Of a stretch of 64,000 nucleotides of DNA, positions 52,201 to 64,000 are shown piece after piece. A model generated the notes under the pieces. The model saw only the letters and a program-made list of their open reading frames with translations. It had not been told where the DNA came from and did not search any database. Location: the NCBI GenBank assembly GCA_036172245.1, contig JAYWIR010000146.1:1-64000 (forward strand), in the 5' to 3' direction. Made by a program: the position numbers and the translations under genes. The stretch is from Raillietiella orientalis (Eukaryota). The number at the start of each line of letters is the position of its first letter. The first letter of the stretch is position 1.

Positions 52201-55200
52201 CAATTCGAAGTGAGGAGATTTCACCATGCACTGTTGCGCTTTTTCACGAAGCATCCGTTGGCAGCCCGTGGCAATCTCCCTTCATGGAAAGACGCACCGC
52301 CTTACGATTTCCTGGATTCAGAGGTGGAATAAAAAAAGTCCCACATTTGATTAGGGTGGGACACTTTGCATTCCGTGTTGTTTTCATGGCAACCATTCGG
52401 AATGAGAAGGGGAATTTTTTTATTCGATCTGAATCATTTTATGGTACAAATTTACATCTTTTGCAGGTTTGTAATCAATTCGAAGTGAGCAGATTTCACC
52501 ATGCACTCTTGCGCTTTTTCACGAAGCATCCGTTGGCAGCGCGAGGCAATCTACCGTCATGGATAACCGCACCACCTCGCGATTTCCTGGTTTCAGAAAA
52601 GGATTAAGAAAAGTCCGACATTTGATTAGGCTGGGGCACTTTGCACACCGTGTTGTTTCGATGGGAACCACTGTCGGAGTTAAAAAGTGAATTTTTTTAT
52701 TCGATCTCATTCATGGTATGGTATAAATTTACATCTTTTGCTGGTTTGTAATCAATTAGAAGTAAGGAGATTTCAACATGCACTGTTGCGCTTTTTCAAG
52801 AAGCATCCGTTGCAGCGCGAGGCAATCTACCGTCATGGATAACCGCACCACCTTACGATTTCCTGGTTTCAGAGGTGGATTAAGAAAAGTGCGACATTTG
52901 ATTAGGGTGGGACACGTTGCACTCCGTGTTCTTTTCATGGCAACCACTGTCGGAGTTAAAAAGTGAATTTTTTAAATCGATATGATTCATTTTATGGTAC
53001 AAATTTACATATTTTGCTGGTTTGTTATCCATTCGTAGTAAGGAGATTTCACCATTGCACTGTTGCGCTTTTTCACGAAACATACTTTGGCAGTGCGAGG
53101 CAATCTACCGTCATGGATAACCGCACAACCTTCCGATTTCCTGGTTTAAGAGGTGGATTAAGAGAAGTCCGACATTTGATTAGGGTGGGACACTTTGCAC
53201 TCCGTATTGTTTTCATGGCAACCACTGTCGGAATTAGAAAGAGAATTATTTAATTCGATCTCATTCATAGTGTGGTACAAATTTCCATCTTTTGCTGGTT
53301 TGTAATCAATTCGAAGTGAGGAGATTTCACCATGCACTGTTGCGCTTTTTCACGAAGCATCCGTTGGCAGCCCGTGGCAATCTCCCTTCATGGAAAGACG
53401 CACCACCTTGCGATTTCCTGGATTCAGAGGTGGAATAAAAAAAGTCCCACATTTGATTAGGGTGGGACACTTTGCATTCCGTGTTGTTTTCATCGCAACC
53501 ATTCGGAATGAGAAGGGGAATTTTTATATTCGATCTGAATCATTTTATGGTACAAATTTACATCTTTTGCTGGTTTGTAATCAATTCGAAGTGAGGAGAT
53601 TTCACCATGCACTCTTACGCTTTTTCACGAAGCATCCGTTGGCAGCCCGTGGCAATCTACCGTCATGAATAACCGCAATACCTTGCGATTTCCTGGTTTC
53701 AGAAAAGGATTAAGAAAAGTCCGACATTTGATTAGGCTGGGGCACTTTGCACACCGTGTTGTTTCGATGGGAACCACTGTCGGAGTTAAAAAGTGAATTT
53801 TTTTATTCGATCTCATTCACGGTATGGTATAAATTTACATCTTTATTGGTTTGTAATCTATTCATAGTACGGTGATTCCACCATTGCACTTTTGCGCTTC
53901 TTCACGAAGCATCCGTTGGCAGCACGTGGAAATATACCGGCATGGATCACCACACTACCTTGCGATTTCCTCGTTTAGAGGTGGATTAAGAAAAGTCCGA
54001 CATTTGATTAGGGTGGGACACTTTGCACTCCGTGTTGTTTTGAACAACCACTGTCGGAATTAAAAAGTGAATTTTTTAATTCGATCTGATTCATGGTATG
54101 GTATAAATTACATCTTTTGCTGGTTTGTAATCAATTAGAAGTGAGGAGATTTCACCATGCACGGTTGCGCTTTTTCAAGAAGCATCCGTTGCAGCGCGAG
54201 GCAATCTACCGTCATGGATAACCGCACCATCATGCGATTTCCTGCTTTCAGAGGTGGATTCAGAAAAGTCCGACATTTCATTAGGGCGGGGCACTTTGAG
54301 CTCCTTGTTGTTTTCATGGCAACCACTATCGGAATTAGAAAGTGAATTATTTAATTCGATCTGATTCATTTTATGGTACAAATTTCCATCTTTCGCTGGT
54401 TTGGAATCAATTCGAAGTGAGGAGATTTCACCATGCACTGTTGCGCTTTTTCACGAAGCATCCCTTGGCAGCGCGAGGCAATCTACCGTCATGGATAACC
54501 GCACCACCTTACGATTTCCTGGTTTCAGAGGTGGATTAAGAAAAGTGCGACATTTGATTAGGGTAACACGTTGCACTCCGTGTTGTTTTCATGGCAACCA
54601 CTGTCGGAGTTAAAAAGTGAATTTTTTAATTCGATCTGATTCATTTTATGGTACAAATTTCCATCTTTCGCTGGTTTGGAATCAATTCGAAGTGAGTAGA
54701 TTTCACCATGCACTGTTGCGCTTTTTCACGAAGCATCCCTTGGCAGCGCGAGGCAATCTACCGTCATGGATAACCGCACCACCTTACGATTTCCTGGTTT
54801 CAGAGGTGGATTAAGAAAAGTGCGACATTTGATTAGGGTGGGACACGTTGCACTCCGTGTTGTTTTCATGGCAACCACTGTCGGAGTTAAAAAGTGAATT
54901 TTTTAATTCGATATGATTCATTTTATGGTACAAATTTACATCTTTTGCTGGTTTGTTATCCATTCGTAGTAAGGAGATTTCACCATTGCACTCTTGCGCT
55001 TTTTCACGAAACATACGTTGGCAGTGCGAGGCAATCTACCGTCATGGATAACCGCACAACCTTCCGATTTCCTGGTTTAAGAGGTGGATTAAGAGAAGTC
55101 CGACATTTGATTAGGGCGGGGCACTTTGAACTCCTTGTTGTTTTCATGGCAACCACTATCGGAATTAGAAAGTGAATTATTTAATTCGATCTGATTCATT

Positions 55201-55583
55201 TTATGGTACAAATTTCCATCTTTCGCTGGTTTGGAATCAATTCGAAGTGAGGAGATTTCACCATGCACTGTTGCGCTTTTTCACGAAGCATCCGTTGGCA
55301 GCCCGTGGCAATCTCCCTTCATGGAAAGACGCACCGCCTTACGATTTCCTGGATTCAGAGGTGGAATAAAAAAAGTCCCACATTTGATTAGGGTGGGACA
55401 CTTTGCATTCCGTGTTGTTTTCATGGCAACCATTCGGAATGAGAAGGGGAATTTTTTTATTCGATCTGAATCATTTTATGGTACAAATTTACATCTTTTG
55501 CAGGTTTGTAATCAATTCGAAGTGAGGAGATTTCACCATGCACTCTTGCGCTTTTTCACGAAGCATCCGTTGGCAGCGCGAGG
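49040..55583. repeat. 11-monomer HOR (~3,040 bp), a little over two tandem copies
   Basis: Offsets are 3,016 (49178/52194), 3,042 (49921/52963, 50348/53390) and 3,037 (51120/54157, 51580/54617, 52194/55231). The differences are explained by a 26-bp deletion at ~49731 and 5 bp of small deletions at 53840-54110. Markers include TTTTGCAGGTTTG, TTAAATCGATATG and AGGGTAACACG. Confidence 0.88.
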
Positions 55584-56994
55584 AAATCTACAGGCATAGA
55601 TCACCACACTACCTTGAGATTTCCTGCGTTTAGAGGTGGATGAAGAATAGTCCGACATTTCATTAGGGCGGGGCACTTTGCACTCCGTGTTGTTGTCATG
55701 GCAACCACTGTCGGAATTCATAAGTGAATTATTTAATTCGATCTGATTCACGGTATGGTAAAAATTTACATCTTTTGCTGGTTTTTAATCAATTCGTAGT
55801 ACGGAGATTTCACCATTGCACTTTTGCGCTTCTTCACGAAGCATCCGTTGGCAGCGCGAGGAAATCTACCGGCATAGATCACCACACTACCTTGCGATTT
55901 CCTGCGTTTAGAGGTGGATGAAGAACAGTCCGACATTTCATTAGGGCGGGGCACTTTGCACGCCGTGTTGTTTTGAAAACAACCACTGTCGGAGTTAAGA
56001 AGTGAATTTTTTAATTCGATCTGATTCATGGTATGGTATAAATTTACATCTTTTGCTGGTTTGTAATCAATTCGAAGTGAGGAGATTTCACCATGCACTG
56101 TTGCGCTTTTTCACGAAGCATCCGTTGGCAGCGCGAGGCAATCTACCGTAATGGATAACCGCACTATCATGCGATTTCCTGGTTTCAGAAAAGGATTAAG
56201 AAAAGTCCGACATTTGATTAGGCTGGGGCACTTTGCACACCGTGTTGTTTCGATGGGAACCACTGTCGGAGTTAAAAAGTGAATTTTTTTATTCGATCTC
56301 ATTCACGGTATGGTATAAATTTACATCTTTTGGTGGTTTGTAATCTATTCATAGTACGGTGATTCCACCATTGCACTTTTGCGCTTCTTCACGAAGCATC
56401 CGTTGGCAGCACGTGGAAATATACCGGCATGGATCACCACACTACCTTGCGATTTCCTGCGTTTAGAGGTGGATTAAGAAAAGTCCGACATTTGATTAGG
56501 GTGGGACACTTTGCACTCCGTGTTGTTTTGAAAACAACCACTGTCGGAGTTAAGAAGTGAATTTTTTAATTCGATCTGATTCATGGTATGGTATAAATTT
56601 ACATCTTTTGCTGGTTTGTAATCAATTCGAAGTGAGGAGATTTCACCATGCACTGTTGCGCTTTTTCACGAAGCATCCGTTGGCAGCGCGAGGCAATCTA
56701 CCGTAATGGATAACCGCACCATCATGCGATTTCCTGCTTTCAGAGGTGGATTCAGAAAAGTCCGACATTTCATTAGGGCGGGGCACTTTGCACTCCGTGT
56801 TGTTTTCATGGCAACCACTATCGGAATTAGAAAGTGAATTATTTAATTCGATCTGATTCATTTTATGGTACAAATTTACATCTTTTGCTGGTTTGTAATC
56901 AATTCGAAGTAAGGAGATTTCACCATTGCACTTTTGCGCTTCTTCAAGAAGCATCCATTGGCAGCGCGAGGAAATCTACCTTCATAGATCACGA

Positions 56995-59900
56995 CACTAC
57001 CTTGAGATTTCCTGAGTTTCAAGGTGGATGAAGAATAGTCCGACATTTCATTAGGGCGGGGCACTTTGCAATCCGTGGTATTTTCATGGCAACCACTGTC
57101 GGAATTGAAAAGTGAATTATTTAATTCGATCTGAATCATTTTAAGGTACAAATTTACATCTTTTGCTGGTTTGTAATGAATTCGAAGTAACGAGATTTCA
57201 CCATTGCACTTTTGCGCTTCTTCACGAAGCATCCTTTGGCAGCGCGAGGAAATCTACCGGCATAGATCACCACACTACCTTGAGATTTCCTGCGTTTAGA
57301 GGTGGATGAAGAATAGTCCGACATTTCATTAGGGCGGGGCACTTTGCTCGCCGTGTTGTTTTCATGGCAACCACTGTCGGAATTGAAGTGCGAAATATTT
57401 ATTCGATCTGATCCACGGTATGGTATAAATTTACATCTTTTGCTGGTTTGTAATCAATTCGAAGTGAGGAGATTTCACCATGCACTCTTGCGCTTTTTCA
57501 CGAAGCATCCGTTGGCAGCCCGAGGCAATCTACCGTCATGGATAACCGCACCACCTTGCGATTTCGTGGTTTCAGAGGAGGATTAAGAAAAGTCCGACAT
57601 TTGATTAGGCTGGGGCACTTTGCACACCGTGTTGTTTCGATGGGAACCACTCTCGGAGTTCAAAAGTGAATTTTTTTATTCGATCTCATTCACGGTATGG
57701 TATAAATTTACATCTTTTGGTGGTTTGTAATCTATTCGTAGTACGGTGAATCCACCATTGCACTTTTGCGCTTCTCCACGAAGCATCCGTTGGCAGAACG
57801 TGGAAATCTACCGGCATCGATCACCACACTACCTTGCGATTTCCTGCGTTTAGAGGTGGATTAAGAAAGGTCCGACATTTGATTAGGGTGGTACACTTTG
57901 CACTCCGTGTTGTTTTGATAACAACCACTGTCGGAGTTAAAAAGTTATTTTTTTAATTCGATCTGATTCACGTTATAATATGAATTTACATCCTTTGCTG
58001 GTCTGCAATCAATTCGAAGTGAGGAGATTTCACCATGCACTGTTGCGCTTTTTCACGAAGCATCCGTTGGCAGCGCGAGGCAATCTACCGTCATGGATAA
58101 CCGCACAACCTTCCGATTTCCTAGTTTCAGAGGTGGATTAAGAAAAGTACGACATTTGATTAGAGTGGGACACGTTGCACTCCGTGTTGTTTTGATAACA
58201 ACCACTGTCGGAGTTAAAAAGTGAATTTTTTAATTCGATCTGATTCATGGTATGGTATAAATTTACATCTTTTGCTGGTTTGTAATCAATTCGAAGTGAG
58301 GAGATTTCACCATGCACTGTTGCGCTTTTTCACGAAGCATCCGTTGGCAGCGCGAGGCAATCTACCGTCATGGATAACCGCACAACCTTCCGATTTCCTG
58401 GTTTCAGAGGTGGATTAAGAAAAGTGCGACATTTGATTAGGGTGGGACACGTTGCACTCCGTGTTGTTTTCATGGCAACCACTATCGGATTTACATAGTG
58501 AATTATTTAATTCGATCTGAATCATTTTATGGTACAAATTTACATCTTTTGCTGGTTTGTAATGGATTCGAAGTAAGGAGATTTCACCATTGCACTTTTG
58601 CGCTTCTTCACGAAGCATCCATTGGCAGCGCGAGGAAATCTACCTTCATAGATCACCACACTACCTTGAGATTTCCTGAGTTTCAAGGTGGATGAAGAAT
58701 AGTCCGACATTTCATTAGGGCGGGGCACTTTGCAATCCGTGTTGTTTTCATGGCAACCACTGTCGGAATTGAAAAGTGAATTATTTAATTCGATCTGATT
58801 CACGGTATGGTATAAATTTACATCTTTTGCTGATTTGTAATCAATTCGAAGTGAAGACATTTCACCATGCACTCTTGCGCTCCTTCACGAAGCATCCGTT
58901 GGCAGCCCGTGGCAATCTCCCGTCATGGAAAAACGCACCACCTTGCGATTTCCTGGATTCAGAGGTGGATTAAAAAAAGTCCCACATTTGATTAGGGTGG
59001 GACACTTTGCATTCCGTGTTGTTTTCATCGCAACCATTCGGAATGAGAAAGGGAATTTTTTTATTCCATCTGAATCATTTTATGGTACAAATTTACATCT
59101 TTTGCTGGTTTGTAATGAATTCGAAGTAAGGAGATTTCACCACTGCACTTTTGCGCTTCTTCACGAAGCATCCATAGGCAGCGCGAGGAAATCTACCGGC
59201 ATAGATCACCACACTACCTTGAGAGTTCCTGCGTTTAAAGGTGGATTAAGAATAGTCCGACATTTCATTAGGGCGGGGCAATTTGCAATCCGTGTTGTTG
59301 TCATGGCAACCACTGTAGGAAATGATAAGTGAATTTTTTAATTCGATCTGATTCATAGTGTGTTACAAATTTACATCTTTTGCTGGTTTGTAATCAATTC
59401 GTAGTACGGAGATTTCACGATTGCACTGTTGCGCTTTTTCACGACGCTTCCGCTGGCAGCGCGAGGCAATCTACCGTCATGGATAACCGCACCACCTTAC
59501 GATTTCCTGGTTTCAGAGGTGGATTAATAAAAGTGCGACATTTGACTAGGGCGGGGCACTTTGCACTTCGTGTTGTTTTCATGGCAACCACTGTCGGAGT
59601 TAAAAAGTGAATTTTTTAATTCGATATGATACATTTTATGGTACAAATTTACATCTTTTGTTGGTTTGTTATCCATTCGTAGTAAGGAGACTTCACCATT
59701 GCACTGTTGCGCTTTTTCACGAAACATACGTTGGCAGTGCGAGGCAATCTATTGTCATGGGTAACCGCACAACCTTCCGATTTCCTGGTTTAAGAGGTGG
59801 ATTAAGAGAAGTCCGACATTTGATTAGGGTGGGACACTTTGCACTCCGTATTGTTTTCATGGCAACCACTGTCGGAATTAGAAATAGAATTATTTAATTC

Positions 59901-62887
59901 GATCTGATTCATAGTGTGGTACAAATTTCCATCTTTTGCTGGTTTGTAATCAATTCGAAGTGAGGAGATTTCACCATGCACTGTTGCGCTTTTTCACGAA
60001 GCATCCGTTGGCAGCCCGTGGCAATCTCCCTTCATGGAAAGACGCACCGCCTTACGATTTCCTGGATTCAGAGGTGGAATAAAAAAAGTCCCACATTTGA
60101 TTAGGGTGGGACACTTTGCATTCCGTGTTGTTTTCATGGCAACCATTCGGAATGAGAAGGGGAATATTTTTATTCGATCTGAATCATTTTATTGTACAAA
60201 TTTACATCTTTTGCTGGTTTGTAATCAATTCGAAGTGAGGAGATTTCACCATGCACTCTTGCGCTTTTTCACGAAGCATCCGTTGGCAGCGCGAGGCAAT
60301 CTACCGTCATGGATAACCGCACCACCTTGCGATTTCCTGGTTTCAGAAAAGGATTAAGAAAAGTCCGACATTTGATTAGGCTAGGGCACTTTGCACACCG
60401 TGTTGTTTCGATGGGAACCACTGTCGGAGTTAAAAAGTGAATTTTTTTATTCGATCTCATTCACGGTATGGTATAAATTTACATCTTTTGGTGGTCTGTA
60501 ATCTATTCGTAGTACGGTGATTCCACCATTGCACTTTTGCGCTTCTTCACGAAGCATCCGTTGGCAGCACGTGGAAATCTACCGGCATGGATCACCACAC
60601 TACCTTGCGATTTCCTTCGTTTAGAGGTGGATTAACAAAAGTATGACATTTGATTAGGGTGGGACACTTTGCACTCCGTGTTGTTTTGAAAACAACCACT
60701 GTCGGAGTTAAAAAGTGAATTTTTTAATTCGATCTGATTCATGGTATGGTATAAATTTACATCTTTTGCTGGTTTGTAATCAATTAGAAGTGAGGAGATT
60801 TCACCATGCACTGTTGCGCTTTTTCAAGAAGCATCCGTTGCAGCGCGAGGCAATCTACCGTCATGGATAACCGCACCACCTTACGATTTCCTGGTTTCAG
60901 AGGTGGATTAAGAAAAGTGCGACATTTGATTAGGGTGGGACACGTTGCACTCCGTGTTCTTTTCATGGCAACCACTGTCGGAGTTAAAAAGTGAATTTTT
61001 TAATTCGATATGATTCATTTTATGGTACAAATTTACATATTTTGCTGGTTTGTTATCCATTCGTAGTAAGGAGATTTCACCATTGCACTGTTGCGCTTTT
61101 TCACGAAACATACGTTGGCAGTGCGAGGCAATCTACCGTCATGGATAACCGCACAACCTTCCGATTTCCTGGTTTAAGAGGTGGATTAAGAGAAGTCCGA
61201 CATTTGATTAGGGTGGGACACTTTGCACTCCGTATTGTTTTCATGGCAACCACTGTCGGAATTAGAAAGAGAATTATTTAATTCGATCTCATTCATAGTG
61301 TGGTACAAATTTCCATCTTTTGCTGGTTTGTAATCAATTCGAAGTGAGGAGATTTCACCATGCACTGTTGCGCTTTTTCACGAAGCATCCGTTGGCAGCG
61401 CGAGGCAATCTACCGTCATGGATAACCGCACCACCTTGCGATTTCCTGGTTTCAGAAAAGGATTAAGAAAAGTCCGACATTTGATTAGGCTGGGGCACTT
61501 TGCACACCGTGTTGTTTCGATGGGAACCACTGTCGGAGTTAAAAAGTGAATTTTTTTATTCGATCTCATTCACGGTATGGTATAAATTTACATCTTTTAT
61601 TGGTTTGTAATCTATTCATAGTACGGTGATTCCACCATTGCACTTTTGCGCTTCTTCACGAAGCATCCGTTGGCAGCACGTGGAAATATACCGGCATGGA
61701 TCACCACACTACCTTGCGATTTCCTGCGTTTAGAGGTGGATTAAGAAAAGTCCGACATTTGATTAGGGTGGGACACTTTGCACTCCGTGTTGTTTTGAAA
61801 ACAACCACTGTCGGAATTAAAAAGTGAATTTTTTAATTCGATCTGATTCATGGTATGGTATAAATTCACATCTTTTGCTGGTTTGTAATCAATTAGAAGT
61901 GAGGAGATTTCACCATGCACTGTTGCGCTTTTTCAAGAAGCATCCGTTGCAGCGCGAGGCAATCTACCGTCATGGATAACCGCACCATCATGCGTTTTCC
62001 TGCTTTCAGAGGTGGATTCAGAAAAGTCCGACATTTCATTAGGGCGGGGCACTTTGAACTCCTTGTTGTTTTCATGGCAACCACTATCGGAATTAGAAAG
62101 TGAATTATTTAATTCGATCTGATTCATTTTATGGTACAAATTTCCATCTTTCGCTGGTTTGGAATCAATTCGAAGTGAGGAGATTTCACCATGCACTGTT
62201 GCGCTTTTTCACGAAGCATCCGTTGGCAGCCCGTGGCAATCTCCCTTCATGGATAACCGCACCACCTTGCGATTTCCTGGTTTCAGAAAAGGATTAAGAA
62301 AAGTCCGACATTTGATTAGGCTGGGGCACTTTGCACACCGTGTTGTTTTGATAACAACCACTGTCGGACTTAAAAAGTGAATTTTTTAATTCGATCTCAT
62401 TCACGGTATGGTATAAATTTACATCTTTTATTGGTTTGTAATCTATTCATAGTACGGTGATTCCACCATTGCACTTTTGCGCTTCTTCACGAAGCATCCG
62501 TTGGCAGCACGTGGAAATATACCGGCATGGATCACCACACTACCTTGCGATTTCCTGCGTTTAGAGGTGGATTAAGAAAAGTCCGACATTTGATTAGGGT
62601 GGGACACTTTGCACTCCGTGTTGTTTTGAAAACAACCACTGTCGGAATTAAAAAGTGAATTTTTTAATTCGATCTGATTCATGGTATGGTATAAATTTAC
62701 ATCTTTTGCTGGTTTGTAATCAATTAGAAGTGAATAGATTTCACCATGCACGGTTGCGCTTTTTCAAGAAGCATCCGTTGCAGCGCGAGGCAATCTACCG
62801 TCATGGATAACCGCACCATCATGCGATTTCCTGCTTTCAGAGGTGGATTCAGAAAAGTCCGACATTTCATTAGGGCGGGGCACTTTG
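56995..62887. repeat. ~5.9-kb block, copy 2 of the long-range duplication of 32103-37995 (similarity resumes at offset 24,890 to the window end)
   Basis: Same shared variants as copy 1. In addition, ORF 63483..63773 is identical to 38593..38883, and the GGCAACCCGTGG / AAAACTCCCAC variants at ~39000-39080 recur at ~63890-63970. Confidence 0.92.
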
Positions 62888-64000
62888 AGCTCCTTGTTGT
62901 TTTCATGGCAACCACTATCGGAATTAGAAAGTGAATTATTTAATTCGATCTGATTCATTTTATGGTACAAATTTCCATCTTTCGCTGGTTTGGAATCAAT
63001 TCGAAGTGAGGAGATTTCACCATGCACTGTTGCGCTTTTTCACGAAGCATCCCTTGGCAGCGCGAGGCAATCTACCGTCATGGATAACCGCACCACCTTA
63101 CGATTTCCTGGTTTCAGAGGTGGATTAAGAAAAGTGCGACATTTGATTAGGGTAACACGTTGCACTCCGTGTTGTTTTCATGGCAACCACTGTCGGAGTT
63201 AAAAAGTGAATTTTTTAATTCGATCTGATTCATTTTATGGTACAAATTTCCATCTTTCGCTGGTTTGGAATCAATTCGAAGTGAGTAGATTTCACCATGC
63301 ACTGTTGCGCTTTTTCACGAAGCATCCCTTGGCAGCGCGAGGCAATCTACCGTCATGGATAACCGCACCACCTTACGATTTCCTGGTTTCAGAGGTGGAT
63401 TAAGAAAAGTGCGACATTTGATTAGGGTGGGACACGTTGCACTCCGTGTTGTTTTCATGGCAACCACTGTCGGAGTTAAAAAGTGAATTTTTTAATTCGA
63501 TATGATTCATTTTATGGTACAAATTTACATCTTTTGCTGGTTTGTTATCCATTCGTAGTAAGGAGATTTCACCATTGCACTCTTGCGCTTTTTCACGAAA
63601 CATACGTTGGCAGTGCGAGGCAATCTACCGTCATGGATAACCGCACAACCTTCCGATTTCCTGGTTTAAGAGGTGGATTAAGAGAAGTCCGACATTTGAT
63701 TAGGGTGGGACACTTTGCACTCCGTATTGTTTTCATGGCAACCACTGTCGGAATTAGAAAGAGAATTATTTAATTCGATCTGATTCATAGTGTGGTACAA
63801 ATTTCCATCTTTTGCTGGTTTGTAATCAATTCGAAGTGAGGAGATTTCACCATGCACTGTTGCGCTTTTTCACGAAGCATCCGTTGGCAACCCGTGGCAA
63901 TCTCCCTTCATGGAAAGACGCACCACCTTGCGATTTCCTGGATTCAGAGGTGGAATAAAAAAACTCCCACATTTGATTAGGGTGGGACACTTTGCATTTC

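Larger units (their letters stand above)
1..64000. repeat. Satellite DNA array: ~277-bp monomer, ~231 head-to-tail copies, single orientation, extends beyond both window ends
   Basis: The anchor TTTCCTG(G/C)..AG(A)GGTGGAT recurs at 1, 279, 555, 832 ... 1386, 2771, 3877, 4981, 6366, 7195 and on to the end of the window. Every stretch read belongs to this unit. The ORF track shows the same peptide fragments recurring at multiples of ~277 bp. Confidence 0.99.

Noticed and set aside
22..63773. Hundreds of 61-165 aa ORFs on both strands (e.g. 7619..8116, 8281..8688, 15944..16357)
   Set aside because: They are overlapping translations of the satellite in several frames. Monomer lengths of 275-278 bp shift frame between copies, stops vary between copies, many starts are non-ATG, and I recognise no domain.
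1..64000. CRISPR array or other repeat-spacer system
   Set aside because: There are no unique spacers. The entire 277-bp unit is homologous between copies, and no cas or other genes are present.
1..64000. Transposon insertion, inversion or species assignment
   Set aside because: I saw no non-satellite sequence, TIR/LTR, target-site duplication or strand switch. I cannot match the monomer to a named family from memory.

Overview
The whole 64 kb window is one uninterrupted, head-to-tail, single-orientation tandem array (satellite DNA) of a ~277-bp monomer. There are about 231 copies, individual monomers are ~275-278 bp, and monomer 1 is 41% GC by hand count. I found no protein-coding gene, RNA gene, CRISPR array, transposon insertion or inversion. 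All listed ORFs are short, overlapping translations of the same repeat. The structure lies in how the monomers are organised. They fall into several diagnostic sequence types arranged in higher-order repeats (HORs) whose period changes along the array (about 5/10-mer, 7-mer, 6-mer x3, 2-mer, 13-mer, 14-mer and 11-mer). There are also multi-kb near-identical block duplications at offsets of 8,035, 11,911 and 24,892 bp, recombinant monomers at block junctions and one 26-bp microhomology-flanked deletion. Most monomers carry a degenerate CENP-B-box-like 17-mer, one TTAGGG fused to a GC/GT-box, and several short dyad symmetries. This architecture is what a eukaryotic centromeric or pericentromeric satellite looks like, but function and host species cannot be determined from sequence alone. 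Some tracts have clustered small deletions that may be assembly artefacts.
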